DNA from: Schizosaccharomyces osmophilus
Taxonomy: Eukaryota
Assembly (NCBI RefSeq): GCF_027921745.1
Contig: NC_079240.1
Coordinates: forward strand, 806,001-870,000
DNA: 64,000 nucleotides
Reading direction: 5' to 3'
Position 1 is the first letter of the stretch, and each line of letters starts with the position of its first letter. Of this stretch, positions 48,658 to 60,761 are shown one piece after another. The notes beneath the pieces are model-generated. The model saw nothing but the letters and a program-made list of their open reading frames with translations. It did no database searches and was not told the DNA's origin. The position numbers and the translations under genes were made by a program.

Positions 48658-49414
48658 AAACATTGAGCTGACAAATGATTAAACTGGTTGTTAACCTATA
48701 TATACTTATTTGTTTACTAATAAGCAAGCGTATACTTTCCGTTATGTAAGTTATTTGTGCATTTCTGTACGGGCGGACTTTATGTCGTGTTGTATGCATT
48801 TTTTTACTCAATTCCCTGCTAATCATGGGATTGAGTTTTTTTGTTTAACCGTCTTTGTCATTCTACTCATTTCATTAAGCCAAAGGCAAGGCTGGAACAT
48901 ACTGTTATTTTGTAAAGGCTCTTTACTGGTTTGGAAATTAATATCTATCATTTAATTTAGGATTCACTAATTAATCATTTATGTATATTATTTATCTTTG
49001 GCTTTCAGCTTCATTAATACTATTCCCTTTTGCATTAGCATTTGCGAGTGAATTGCTATTTCATTTATTTACAAACCATCACTCAGTTTTATATAAGTAA
49101 TATTTCAACTTTTTTATTTAACAGTGGAAGCCTTACATTCCATCTTTTCTTTGCTTATAACAAGTCAACTAACTCTATTCTAATTCAACATATTTCTGCC
49201 TTTTCTTACTTTAGTCGACTGGAGTAATAATATCCATCTAGTAATGAGGATTCCTTTTAGCGAGGAATTCGGTATCTTACACTAATGAACGGAGTGTTCA
49301 ATAGAGGGAGGTAATGGGCTTTTGCCTTTTGCCAAATTTTGCTTGGAATTGGGAAACGATTAATTGCTGATCGTTAGATCCTTTAATTAGTACAAAAAAA
49401 ACTAAACACTTAGA

Positions 49415-50605
49415 ATGTCCTCCTTTGGCACATTATTTAAAGTAACAACTTATGGTGAATCGCACTGCAGAAGTGTTGGTTGCATCGTGGAAGGATGCCC
49501 TCCAGGCATGAATCTTACAGAAGAAGATGTTCAAGTTCAACTTACTCGCCGTCGCCCTGGTCAATCGAGTTTGACCACACCTCGTAATGAGAAAGATCGT
49601 GTTCACATTCAAAGTGGAACTGAGTTTGGCGTTACTCTAGGAACTCCTGTTGGTATGATGGTATTAAACCAGGACCAAAAGCCTCATGATTACTCAGATA
49701 TGGACAACTATCCTCGTCCTTCTCACGCTGACTTTACTTATTTGGAGAAGTATGGTGTTAAGGCTTCTTCCGGAGGTGGCCGTTCCAGTGCTCGAGAGAC
49801 CATTGGCCGTGTTGCCGCCGGCGCCATTGCTGAAAAGTATTTACGTGAAGCTTTCGGCATCGAAATTGTTGCTTTCGTATCGGCCGTTGGTAAAATTGCC
49901 ATTCCCCTTCATCAAACGAAGACTAGTTCCTCTGCAGCTAACGATGAGACGGATGACTATGATTCTCCTGTTACTCCGGAGTACTTGAAGTTCTTGGATG
50001 AAATTACTCGTGAGGAAGTTGACAAAACAACGATTCGTTGTCCTCACGCCGAGGCTGCCAACAGAATGTCGGAACGAATTACTCGTGCTCGTGATAACCA
50101 CGATTCCATCGGTGGTACAGTTACTTGTGTCATTCGTAATGTCCCTACCGGTCTTGGTGAGCCTTGTTTTGACAAGATTGAAGCCAAGCTTGCTCATGCC
50201 ATGATGAGTATTCCTGCAACAAAATCTTTTGAGATTGGTTCTGGTCGCGAGGGATGCAAGGTTCCTGGATCTGCTCACAATGATCCTTTTGTCCGTAACC
50301 CAGTTACGGGTAAGCTCGGTACTTCCTCCAACAACAGCGGCGGTACTCAAGGAGGTATCTCCAATGGAGAAAACATCTACTTCACAGTTGGCTTTAAATC
50401 ACCCGCCACCATTGGCAAAGAACAACCCACCACTCGCTACGATGGATCCGGTGGTGTTTTGGCTGCTAAGGGTCGTCACGACCCTTGTGTTGTTCCTCGT
50501 GCTATCCCGATTGTTGAAACAATGGCCGCTTTGGTTGTCATGGATGCTGTAATGATTCAACAAAGTCGTAACGCTACTCGCAATTTATTGCCGAATGCCA
50601 TGTAA
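49415..50605 (+). CDS. aro2: Chorismate synthase
   Basis: [31 protein letters not shown] and GRHDPCV motifs. Confidence 0.97.
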   Translation: MSSFGTLFKVTTYGESHCRSVGCIVEGCPPGMNLTEEDVQVQLTRRRPGQSSLTTPRNEKDRVHIQSGTEFGVTLGTPVGMMVLNQDQKPHDYSDMDNYPRPSHADFTYLEKYGVKASSGGGRSSARETIGRVAAGAIAEKYLREAFGIEIVAFVSAVGKIAIPLHQTKTSSSAANDETDDYDSPVTPEYLKFLDEITREEVDKTTIRCPHAEAANRMSERITRARDNHDSIGGTVTCVIRNVPTGLGEPCFDKIEAKLAHAMMSIPATKSFEIGSGREGCKVPGSAHNDPFVRNPVTGKLGTSSNNSGGTQGGISNGENIYFTVGFKSPATIGKEQPTTRYDGSGGVLAAKGRHDPCVVPRAIPIVETMAALVVMDAVMIQQSRNATRNLLPNAM

Positions 50606-51468
50606 GAAGTTTTTTAAAAAAAGTTTGTGAGTTTTAAATTCCTGGTTTTGGTTCTGTGAGTGGTCTCTCATCAAGTTTGATAATACACCAATCTTTTGTC
50701 TTTCTCGGTAAGGTCAAAAGACGTCCATAATGTCAAATTTTTAATACCTATGATTCGTTCATATCTTTTATGGATACCTTTTATTTTTCTGGTTTTGGCA
50801 CAAGGAGTTCGTTCCTCCTATAGAGATGGTCGCATGATTTCCTTTTTTTGGTCTTAATAGAGTTTCTTTTTTCCAATTGTCTGTTATGAGCCTACTAGCA
50901 AAACCAAATGAGCAATAGACTTCATGTACGTGTAGATAGCTATATCAATTGTAACGAAAGAGAAACCTCAGTCGGTTCTCATAGCTTGTCCATCATCTTC
51001 TAGTCATTCCTAAAGTCTTACAAGACAGAAAAATGCTTTGTTTATTGAATTACGTACTACGTTGTTTATTTGTTATTCTGAAATAACGTACAGTAAACTT
51101 TCATGTTGGCTATTCTTTGCCAAACCTTTTCCAACAGTCTTAGCGTCATCTACTCATAACAGCTGATCATAACAGAGGAACTTGACCTTCCCCAACTACG
51201 GATTTTCTCAAGAGAACTGATCGTTGAGGGTTTTGAACTTGCAAAGTACACGAAAATTGTGTTTTATTATTTACTTATAAAGAAGAAAAAAGGAATTAAA
51301 AGAGTTTGCTTGAGTTGAGCGGCTTTTCAGCGAACATTAACCACGAAGAATAGTCGAAACTCAGAAGTTTCATTCGAGCGCATGCGTTGTTTTATTTGAG
51401 AAAACGGAGTTCATGATTTTAATTTGAGCTGAAGAAATCTAACTTTTTGATCGGAGCGAGATTTATTC

Positions 51469-53502
51469 ATGGGATTGTCGAATAACGATCAAAACCCTAA
51501 CAACACCAATCTTTTCCGAAAGCATACGTGGCACCCGGAAACGAATGATTTAAAGAAAGAAAGGCGGGCTAGCGGTTTACCTGGGGATTTCAATGGAACA
51601 GCTTCGGAGTTGGATCAATCGGATTCTTTTCGAAAGCGAAACTTCAGCGCCGGTGACTATGTCATTTCGCCTGGGTCAAATGGTGCCGGAGGAAGTACTT
51701 TAACCCATTCCTGGACGTTTCAACCTGGCCGACACAACCAGGGTTTATATTCTAACAATTTCCGAGAAGCCCAACGCCAATGGAAGCGCTTACAAGAGTG
51801 GGGTGAAGTTAAAGAAACGAAGAAAATAAAAAAGCGATTTGATCGGTTCTCTGGCCGGAAATTCATTAACGACTATGAGATTCTCAGCGAAGTTGGTCGC
51901 GGCATGCACGGAAAGGTCAAGTTGGGCCGTGAAATGAATACCAAGGAACTGTTAGCTATTAAGATTATCCCCAAAACGGAGCGTCGTCCCAAGCTAGGCC
52001 GTGCTAATTCTGGAAGCCAAAAAGAGAAAGTACGTCGCGAAATCGCTATTCTGAAAAAGTGTATTCATCCGAACGTTGTCCGTTTGCGTGAGGTCATTGA
52101 TGATCCAAATTCTACAAAAGTATATTTGGTCCTTGAATGTATGAATGGAGGCGAGATTCAGTGGTCGGAAAATCAGTCTCCTCTTTTATCTGTCGAACAG
52201 GCTCGCCAGTATTTCCGTGATGTGGTCTGTGGTCTTGAATACCTTCACTATCAAGGGATCATCCATCGAGATATTAAGCCTGCCAACCTTCTTTTGAGTT
52301 CTTCGGGATGCGTTAAAATATCCGATTTTGGAGTTTCCTATATAGCACGTAGCGGTTTAAATGAAGAAAATGATGTTGAACTCGTAAAGACCGTAGGTAC
52401 GCCGGCCTTTTTTGCTCCTGAGCTATGTTGGACGGATTTAGACCGTCCCAGGCCGAAAATATCCGAAGCTATTGATGTGTGGGCTTTAGGTGTCACCCTT
52501 TTCTGTCTTTTGTTTGGCCGGTGCCCTTTTCAAGCGTCCATGGAATATGAGTTGTTTGATAAGATCGTTAATGAACCTTTACGGATCCCTGATGCCCCCG
52601 ATATAGGAGACGACGGTCGTGATTTGCTTAACAGATTGCTTAACAAAGACCCGAATACTCGTATAACGTTGGCTGAAGTAAAGCGTCACCCATGGACAAT
52701 TCGTGATATGCCAGACTTTGAAGATTGGTTTAAGGGTACAAACCCTGAAGCAAGCGGCCGTGTTGAAGTATCCAATGATGAAGTTGCTTCTGCTATTAGT
52801 TTGGTTGGTCGTTTGCGTAGAAAGCTTGGTAAGCTTTTCCGCTTTCGTCGTCCAAAAACACAAGAGCAGGAATCACAAGAACAGGAATCTTCAACGTCTC
52901 CTTCTGATTCGTCCTTGCGTAGGGAAACCGGTACCAGTAATTCATCAATTGCTTTATCCCCCAGTCAGTTATCCGATTCATTCAATCACATGTCTGTGGA
53001 TAAACAAGAAAATAACGCAGGCGAGTCCGAAGAAAATGCTAGGGACGCAGGTGCCGGTGGGGGAGGTCAGCACTTGGAGAAACCTAAGATTGATTTCAAT
53101 TGGGACCGTTCCCCTATGAGTGAGATTTCAAACCCGGTTGAAGAGGTTGATACAAAACCTGACGAAGATGATTACGATGAAGATGATTCTTCTGATGACC
53201 GAAGTCCAGATTCGTTAAGTATGCATCCAGGGGGAGCTGGTTATGATGTCTATTGTCAAGCTTACACGGATTCACATAATAATAGAATGGAATATTCCCA
53301 ACAGGCCGATCATGACTTGAAGAAAGACCAGGTCCCGATGGTTGCTTGGCGTGACTATGAGCATTTAAACAGGTCTCGCCCGGGGGAGGATCCAAATTAT
53401 AATTCTATTTCAGGTTTTCTATCTGCCAATGGGTTGCCCATGAGCCAAGCTCCAAGTACTTCTCCGTATATCTTTGAACATCCCATGACTTCGAGTCACT
53501 AA
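51469..53502 (+). CDS. ssp1: CaMKK-like kinase Ssp1
   Basis: VKETKKI..INDYEIL, GRGMHGKVK, HRDIKPAN, DFGVS, GTPAFFAPEL. Confidence 0.93.
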   Translation: MGLSNNDQNPNNTNLFRKHTWHPETNDLKKERRASGLPGDFNGTASELDQSDSFRKRNFSAGDYVISPGSNGAGGSTLTHSWTFQPGRHNQGLYSNNFREAQRQWKRLQEWGEVKETKKIKKRFDRFSGRKFINDYEILSEVGRGMHGKVKLGREMNTKELLAIKIIPKTERRPKLGRANSGSQKEKVRREIAILKKCIHPNVVRLREVIDDPNSTKVYLVLECMNGGEIQWSENQSPLLSVEQARQYFRDVVCGLEYLHYQGIIHRDIKPANLLLSSSGCVKISDFGVSYIARSGLNEENDVELVKTVGTPAFFAPELCWTDLDRPRPKISEAIDVWALGVTLFCLLFGRCPFQASMEYELFDKIVNEPLRIPDAPDIGDDGRDLLNRLLNKDPNTRITLAEVKRHPWTIRDMPDFEDWFKGTNPEASGRVEVSNDEVASAISLVGRLRRKLGKLFRFRRPKTQEQESQEQESSTSPSDSSLRRETGTSNSSIALSPSQLSDSFNHMSVDKQENNAGESEENARDAGAGGGGQHLEKPKIDFNWDRSPMSEISNPVEEVDTKPDEDDYDEDDSSDDRSPDSLSMHPGGAGYDVYCQAYTDSHNNRMEYSQQADHDLKKDQVPMVAWRDYEHLNRSRPGEDPNYNSISGFLSANGLPMSQAPSTSPYIFEHPMTSSH

Positions 53503-53986
53503 GCTTTTGTTGATTTGATTGTGGACTCGTTTTTTTCCATTTTTGATATTGTGTTTTTATATATTTGGCTTTACAATGGTGAGTTGTCATTCGTTTTTTA
53601 TTAATGTCATTATGCGTTCGTCTGAAGTTGCTTGTTCTGAAAAGCACTCTTATTGATTTGTTCGCCATAAACGTTCGAATTATGGAGGAACCATGTCCTT
53701 AGGTAGTGCTTGATACATTCCATTCGTTTTATTTATGATTCGACTATTGTTATGTTTGAGAAATTAAATATATTTCATTGAGTTGAATCTTTTGATCTTT
53801 TAAGCTAAACACAATACATAAAAAATTAAATATCCTTTGTTAAATAAAGTTGTCTATTACAAATGATGAAAAGAGAAAAGGGAAGTTAAAAGGACATAAA
53901 CACTATTTAAAGAGTTTAAAACAAACCATGATATTCCACATAACCTAACACTAGTAAGAAGAGCAATCACTGAATCTGTGAAGCTG

Positions 53987-53990
<4 letters not shown>

Positions 53991-54016
<26 letters not shown>
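53991..54016. repeat. (AT)13 microsatellite
   Basis: Read directly; lies 15 nt beyond the set7 stop codon. Confidence 0.95.
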
Positions 54017-54017
<1 letters not shown>

Positions 54018-54030
54018 TTCTATTGTCTAT

Positions 54031-54718
54031 TTACAGAAGCAGGTTTTGAAGAAAACTACTTTCCTCTTCAGAAGGATCATGGTGATTATGGTCAGAAGTT
54101 GAGCCATCGTCGAACCATAGATGCTCACCGTAAGATATACACAATTCTTCACAAGGAGATACCTCTCGCAAAGTAAAATAAGATATACAGCGGTTTGGTT
54201 CGTCCTTTTTCCAGTAAACATTAGGACACCGATCATGATTAAACATGCTACCCAACCCAAGGGCTAATCCCTGTCTGCCGTTTGACCAAACATAAGTATA
54301 CTCATTTAAAATAGTGTATTGTCCATGGTTAGCATATTGATCCTTTTCAAATAACAAAACCGGGCTAACCTCAATACAGGTATGAGCAGGTAAGGGTTCT
54401 AAGGCAAACACACCTCGACCTTTTGCTTCAGTATCTCGAATCTAACAGATATTAGTGAGAAAAAAACTGGTCAATAAAGAAAGCTGGTTGAATTATGTAT
54501 TTTTGTTTCTGTCCAGGAAACAAGCAAGCGCGAAATTGATTTCGTAGTATTGTTCACGAGCAAGGAAAAGGAAATCAAGAAATCGTAGTTGAGCCGATGA
54601 AAAGCAAAGAGAAAATAAGAAGGGTTCGGCATCAAGGTAAAAAAAGCCAACCATTGAGTCATACTTGGACAAAGTAACTTACCTCTACTGGACGGTCAAA
54701 AAGCGAAACTGTCTTCAT
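54031..54718 (-). CDS. set7: SET-domain methyltransferase Set7, 2 exons (54718-54683, 54441-54031)
   Basis: MKTVSLFDRPVE|IRDTEAKGRGVFA..GLGSMFNH..EELCISYG; 241-nt phase-0 intron. Confidence 0.9.
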
Positions 54719-55187
54719 TGAGCTTCAATAAACACAAAGAGAAGTTGTAATTATTCTAAGTTTTTCTTTTCGCCTTGCCATACACTTTTTTTCACAGAAC
54801 TTCAAGATTTCGCCTTCTTTTCTAAAGTAACGTGTTACCCTAAAACATAAATAAATTATTTTTTTATTTTTTTGAACAGCTGCTAGGTTTTCAAAAAGCC
54901 TACAAGATACAGTCCTTTTAAGGATAAAACGAAACTTTTTGGAAGGTTAGTTTTAAAAAAAATTGCGATGACTTCAAATTTTTAGGAACTGTTGAATACC
55001 AATGTCGCTCTACCTCGTAATTCAAGAATTTTCTCCAAAGTAAGTAGAACACAAGTATACGTTTTCAACCTGTTCCTACAGGGCTGGTAGAATGGAAAAC
55101 GCCTGTAATAGGGCTAATATAGAATAGAATTGCACAAGGAAAGAGAATTCGTATTGTGAATGGGAACAATGATTTAATTGCATTGGA

Positions 55188-58058
55188 ATGGAAACAATTG
55201 CAGGTCATTTCTTTCTCGTAGGATTGTCGAGGAAGACGTTCAGTGATGTGGTAGCGGTGCATAAACAGAATGAAGAGAGCGGTGTCTCAGGGCAAAGCAA
55301 TGCTTTGGCAATGAATGTGAGCAAACGCCTTTCATTGAAACAAACACCAGGTGCTTCGCCATCATCATCTCGAAACAAAGATGAGAATCATCCTGGAAGC
55401 TTGTTTACTTCTCCATCCATTTCAAGATCCCCTTGTCGAACTTCCTTAGATCACAATTCTTCTCCAAACGTATCAAATCTTGCTGAAAAAAGCAAGAGCA
55501 GTTCTTCTGTAACTGATTCAAGCGTTACTACTCCGAGTCTATCTCGAAAGAACTCTGTCTCCCAACTGTACCCTCAGAATAAGCCTTCTCTGAATTTATC
55601 TGGTCTTAATAAGGATCGTTTACAAACTCGCTTCAGTATAGGCACGAATTATACACTGTCCGACGTTTACAAGTCTTACGACGCTTATTCAGAAGACCTT
55701 CCTTTTACTCCTTTTTTAAACCCTCTAGAAAGATGCTTTCCTCCCTCTTTGTTGCAGAGATATCCATCCCCAAAAGATATAGATAAAGAAAATGCAGAGT
55801 CTTATCGTTGCGAGTTTCCCAATTACGTCCCAATGTTTGTGTTTCCTAATGACATAACTATCAAGCGGTCTTGCACTCGTCCTGCTTCAACGCACCATAC
55901 GTTTGGCTTGACAAGTGAGGACAACTCCAAGGTTTATGGCATTTGCTTGATTAATTGGGTAAAGATGCCTTTGGAGATGCAATCGGACCTACGAAAGGCT
56001 TGTGATATTTGGCGAAGTCTTTATGCATCACCAGAAGATTTAGAAGTTGCTAATATTTTGTTGTTTAAGCTGCGTGCCGAAAAAGATCATCTTTCGCAAC
56101 TACGTGAGATGAGCAGAAAGGCCGAGCAAACTCCCTTTTTAAACGCATATTTCTCAGAGCAGTTTGCTACACACGAAGAAAATATACATCTTTACGAAGA
56201 GATGTTACGTCCTATGAAAAATTTACTTTTTGGATTAACTGATATATTCACTGAAGGCGAACATCTTTGGTTGCCAAAGGCATATGGCCTTTTAACTAAA
56301 CGGCCTTACTTGCAGTCTTTCTGTCGTGATTGGCTTCGAGTTTTATGCTCATCCCTTCTTGTCGATGAGCTTGATTACATTCCTCCTTCTGACGTTGCTT
56401 TCTTACGAAATATGTCTATTGAGGCTTACATTAAAAACGTATGCGATGAAATACCTTTACCGCCCAGAGGACTTTCTCAAACTCGTGTTGAAGTTGGACC
56501 TCTCCAACTCTGTGCTTTTCGAAGTCCTTTGAATGAAATTCCTGGATGGAGTGATGTGGATTTGTATCCTCTATTTCGTGCTTTAGACTTCCGGAACATC
56601 CTAACTCTTTTCGAAGCGGCGCTGCTAGAGTCGAAAATTTTGTTTTTATCTAAAAGTATAAGCATGCTTAGCTATGCGTCATTCGCTCTTATTCATCTGC
56701 TTTATCCACTAGAATGGCAGGGTTTATTCATTCCTGTTCTATCGAGGAGGTTGATTTCGTGTCTGGAAGCACCTTGCTCTTATATCATTGGTATTTCCAG
56801 TGATGCTATAGCTTTGGAAAATTTACAGTCGGATAGTATACCGCTTGTTGTATGCGATTTGGATAATAATTTGGCGAAAACTTATGGAACCCCGGTTACT
56901 TTACCTGCTTCCCTACGGCATAAATTGTATGCGAACTTGAGTACAGCTGCTCCCCTGCACTCTCATTACGATATACCTTTTGGGGTTCCAAAATATGTGT
57001 GTGAAACTTATCCTAATAAAACGGTGCCTTTGAGTACCACGACTAGTTTTCCGTTTCGAGAAAGGTTTCATGTTCCGTCCTTCCTTTCTCGAAATCCTTG
57101 GGCTAGCAGAAATTTGTATGTGGTACCACCGGTATTAAATGGTTTCCTAAGATTTCATGAAAACAATTCAAACATTACAATTCCGAAACAATTCGGTCTT
57201 ACAAGATCATTGAGTAGAATCTCTTCTCATGGGCGCTTAACAGCTGAGCATTCGCGTCACTTCTCATCTCCACCTTCGACCAGGTCTGATTCTCCTATGG
57301 TACACGAATCTAAACTTCCGTATTCATCTGTTTCTGAAAGCGTTCGGAGAAACTCAATGACAGCTGCTCATACGTACTGCGATGGACAGCATGAAGAGCC
57401 TTTTAAAAAAAATAAATCTGCTGTGAACGTCCCTTACATAAACAACGTTGCCGAGAAAATGAGTAAGCATCTTCTTTATAAGGAAGGACACAAACTTCGA
57501 TACGTTTCCATTGATTTATATACGGTTGGTTCTTATGTTGTCTGTGCTGTTTCTGGTGCTCCCTTAGAACAAACTCATTTACGATGTGACAACTGTGGCT
57601 TACATATTAATGTCGGGACAATTCGATACGTATGTTTGCCTTGTACTCCCGTTTGTTTTAATGGGCAATTGGTGTCAACTGCCTTTTTAAAGTTTTTTAC
57701 GAAAATACTTGGTCCTTATAGACACTACTTTCAGAAAAAAGATGAAAATCACCAAGTTGGTCAAAGAAAGTACGAGTCATTCAACTATAAAAAATTTGCA
57801 CGTCATTCATCCAAAATTCATGGAGATTGGATCTTTAGTTTTTGCAATACTCAAGCATTTTCCGAATTTGTGAGCGATCGATCTCAGTGTGATCGCAATG
57901 ATCCAAAAATTGCCTTATTCGATCAGTTATTGTTATGCGAAAAAAATAATGGAAAGCCTCGTCTGTTTGGAAAACCCACATCTTTCTTGCAGGATAGAAG
58001 TTTTGAATTCCAAAAATTCGAGATAGCGCCCACGCCGGATTGTTCTTATGAAAAATAG
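55188..58058 (+). CDS. DENN-domain Rab GEF-like protein with C1-like Cys region
   Basis: HFFLVGL, LLQRYP, MFVFP, YGICL, LLYPLEWQGLFIPVL..LEAPCSYIIG, dDENN TQAFSEFV. Confidence 0.85.
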   Translation: METIAGHFFLVGLSRKTFSDVVAVHKQNEESGVSGQSNALAMNVSKRLSLKQTPGASPSSSRNKDENHPGSLFTSPSISRSPCRTSLDHNSSPNVSNLAEKSKSSSSVTDSSVTTPSLSRKNSVSQLYPQNKPSLNLSGLNKDRLQTRFSIGTNYTLSDVYKSYDAYSEDLPFTPFLNPLERCFPPSLLQRYPSPKDIDKENAESYRCEFPNYVPMFVFPNDITIKRSCTRPASTHHTFGLTSEDNSKVYGICLINWVKMPLEMQSDLRKACDIWRSLYASPEDLEVANILLFKLRAEKDHLSQLREMSRKAEQTPFLNAYFSEQFATHEENIHLYEEMLRPMKNLLFGLTDIFTEGEHLWLPKAYGLLTKRPYLQSFCRDWLRVLCSSLLVDELDYIPPSDVAFLRNMSIEAYIKNVCDEIPLPPRGLSQTRVEVGPLQLCAFRSPLNEIPGWSDVDLYPLFRALDFRNILTLFEAALLESKILFLSKSISMLSYASFALIHLLYPLEWQGLFIPVLSRRLISCLEAPCSYIIGISSDAIALENLQSDSIPLVVCDLDNNLAKTYGTPVTLPASLRHKLYANLSTAAPLHSHYDIPFGVPKYVCETYPNKTVPLSTTTSFPFRERFHVPSFLSRNPWASRNLYVVPPVLNGFLRFHENNSNITIPKQFGLTRSLSRISSHGRLTAEHSRHFSSPPSTRSDSPMVHESKLPYSSVSESVRRNSMTAAHTYCDGQHEEPFKKNKSAVNVPYINNVAEKMSKHLLYKEGHKLRYVSIDLYTVGSYVVCAVSGAPLEQTHLRCDNCGLHINVGTIRYVCLPCTPVCFNGQLVSTAFLKFFTKILGPYRHYFQKKDENHQVGQRKYESFNYKKFARHSSKIHGDWIFSFCNTQAFSEFVSDRSQCDRNDPKIALFDQLLLCEKNNGKPRLFGKPTSFLQDRSFEFQKFEIAPTPDCSYEK

Positions 58059-58327
58059 TAAAGCTGTGCAATTGTTTGGTTACTCAGTCTTTGTATATTT
58101 AGTCGCTATTTATTTTGGTTTTATGCATTTTAAGAGAGTCATTATTTAACAAGATCATAAATGCAAATGCTTTAACGCATTCGATGTTTCTTAATTTACC
58201 CATTTTTCTTTTCTATCTATTTCTTATGATTACAGTAATAGTGAATAAATTATAAATACACAAGTAATGATACTTGTTTATCAATGAATTGCTAGCAAGT
58301 AAATAAAGGCAGAATAATATGAACCGA

Positions 58328-59020
58328 CTAAGATGATCTTGTGAAGCGGCTCTGAGCCATTTCCCGTAACATTTCTATAGTTTTCTTTTCCTTCTCTTTC
58401 CGTTCCTGCATCTTTTGAAGGATTCCTTCGTCTTTCTGGGAGTGATGCACCTGTCGTTTTTCATCTCGCATTTTTTTTCTTAAACGCTCTCGTTCAATCT
58501 GCTTGGTAAAAGAGTCAGACTCACCAAATAAATCATTCTCATTCAATTCCGTTTCTTCATCTGACCGTTCACGGTATTGCTTCAGAGTGTGTTGTTTTTC
58601 CTTCTTTTTTTGCAACAGCGCTTGTTTACTTCCCGCTGGCTCTTTAGGCAGGATTTCGTCGAGCATTTCGGTTTCACGCCTTGCTCTTACCTTAGTTTCA
58701 TAACGTTTGGAAGAATTTTGTTGTTCTTGAATCTGCTCCCGTAGTTCTTGACGATCGTACAAATCATCGCTTGTTGGTTTGCTTGGTCCCACCGATGACT
58801 GATCATTGTGGTGTGTTATAGGAGCCTGCATTAAGGAATACCATTGTTTGCGCATTTTTCCATCGTTCCAACGTTTCACAAATCTTCTCCAGAGGTCATG
58901 CTGTCTACTATGACTGCACCGCTCCAAGTCAATTTGCTTTTCTTCTTTGACAAAACGATGGAACAATAGCTGGTATTTTTGTTTACATACTGAACTTTGA
59001 TGGTCTAAAATTTCTCTCAT
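58328..59020 (-). CDS. Conserved charged coiled-coil protein (~230 aa)
   Basis: WRRFVKRWNDGK, LDEILPKEPAGS and EKKTIEMLREMA motifs; the first in-frame ATG is 59020 (the track starts at a TTG). Confidence 0.75.
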   Translation of the reverse strand: MREILDHQSSVCKQKYQLLFHRFVKEEKQIDLERCSHSRQHDLWRRFVKRWNDGKMRKQWYSLMQAPITHHNDQSSVGPSKPTSDDLYDRQELREQIQEQQNSSKRYETKVRARRETEMLDEILPKEPAGSKQALLQKKKEKQHTLKQYRERSDEETELNENDLFGESDSFTKQIERERLRKKMRDEKRQVHHSQKDEGILQKMQERKEKEKKTIEMLREMAQSRFTRSS

Positions 59021-59905
59021 GACTCTCTTATTATCCTGAAAACGGCATACGTCTCTAATCAACCGGATATCCAATGCAACTGGTTTCTGAACATTTCCTG
59101 AATTATTTCAGAGTAGTCAAAGGGTAAAAGCGAAAACTTATATGCTGGATCAATCAGATTCAGTACTTATTAATGGTTAAAACGAAATGAAAAAAGTCAA
59201 ATTAACATGCTCTACTTACAGAAAAAAGAGAAATCAAGAATCTAAAAGGACTGTAGAAAACCTGTAAATCGTACTCTGGCGCAACAAAACAGTATAACCA
59301 AGGATTGTAGTTAACTTGAATTTATTAACTCAATCACTTTTATTGGAAAACTCTAGTATTTAACAATGTAATTTTTTTGTGTGAATGAGCCTTGCTACTA
59401 AACAACTGGTATTATACTAATACAATGGAGGACGCTACATTAGAATGTTGGATGGGAAACACACATGAACTTCGAGGGGATAAATGGGCTGTTAATTAAA
59501 AAAGAACAATCATCAAATGACAGTCAAAGAAAGGCAAGGTATGAGAAAGCTCTCGAAACAGTTCCGAGATGGTTTTTGCATAACCCATACTTTTGTAGTT
59601 GTAAATTGTGAAGTAATTCAAAGGATTAACTGCAAATAGGGACAAAAGACGAATATGTTAGAAGACTGGTACATAGAGAAGGGAGGAAATTGAATACTGT
59701 ATCATCAAGGATAACAGTAAGAAGTAGGACAGCCAGAATTGCATCGCTTAACCTCAGAAAACCATTGACATATTAGTACGTGAACAGTCAAACATTGAAC
59801 TGAACGCAGCAAAAAACCCTTCTGGTATCGACTGCATCTAACTGTTTATGTTGGAATTTATGCGTTACTGGACCAAAGCATCCTACTTCTTGATAACCAT
59901 CCCAA

Positions 59906-60301
59906 TTAATGAGAGGGAGCGGCTTGCTTGGGGGTTCTGTCGACAATGAGAGAGTCAAAAGCCTCACGTTCTTGCTTCTCCTCCGCGACACGCTTGACGA
60001 TAGGACGAAGGTAAAGGGTGTCCTCTTCACCCTTTGTCCATTCAGATTTGGGCAAGATTTTGTTTTCGATGCTCAACTGCATGGCGCGGCGGATACGGTA
60101 CACTCTGTCGAAGGATTCTTGTTCCGGCAAACGGTTCAAAGCCTTTTCAACAACCTCGTTTTCTTCTAAAGTCAAATCATCGTAACGAAGACCAAATTTA
60201 CGATAACCAGCAAGGTTGATATAAGCTTGAGAAACAGGCTTCAAAAGCTTATACAAAAAGGGAGATTTTTGAATGTACTTGGCTAAGGAGATGGGTTGCA
60301 T
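59906..60301 (-). CDS. qcr7: Cytochrome bc1 subunit 7
   Basis: [37 protein letters not shown]. Confidence 0.95.
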   Translation of the reverse strand: MQPISLAKYIQKSPFLYKLLKPVSQAYINLAGYRKFGLRYDDLTLEENEVVEKALNRLPEQESFDRVYRIRRAMQLSIENKILPKSEWTKGEEDTLYLRPIVKRVAEEKQEREAFDSLIVDRTPKQAAPSH

Positions 60302-60761
60302 GGTAACAAAAAGTAAATATTTGCGAAATTCAAACTATTTACTCTTCAATTAAAGAGGTTTCTTTGCGACAATTGTGATCCGTGAGATTGGCAGATGGTA
60401 AGTTGGAAAGTATCTTATAGGTATGGTATGCGAATATTGTCACTTGGTCTGTTTACTGTTGTTACTTGTTTGCTACAGACAAAAATGTTAACTGTTCGCA
60501 AAAAAATAGTTTATGAAAAAGTATGTAACAGAAAATGAATGGCAAATCTATTAACAATAAATAAATTATAAAACTAAAAACGAACATGTAAAGCAGACTA
60601 GAGCAACCTTAATATTACTTTTTTTAAAGTAAATCTTAGTTCGATTGAGACAAAATTTGAAAGAAAGGAGCATCAACCTATAGGCAATTACTTTTGAGTT
60701 TTCCGCGGTATATTCTTGTTCTCATAAGCATCTCATATATAATATAGAAAGGTCGGAACCC

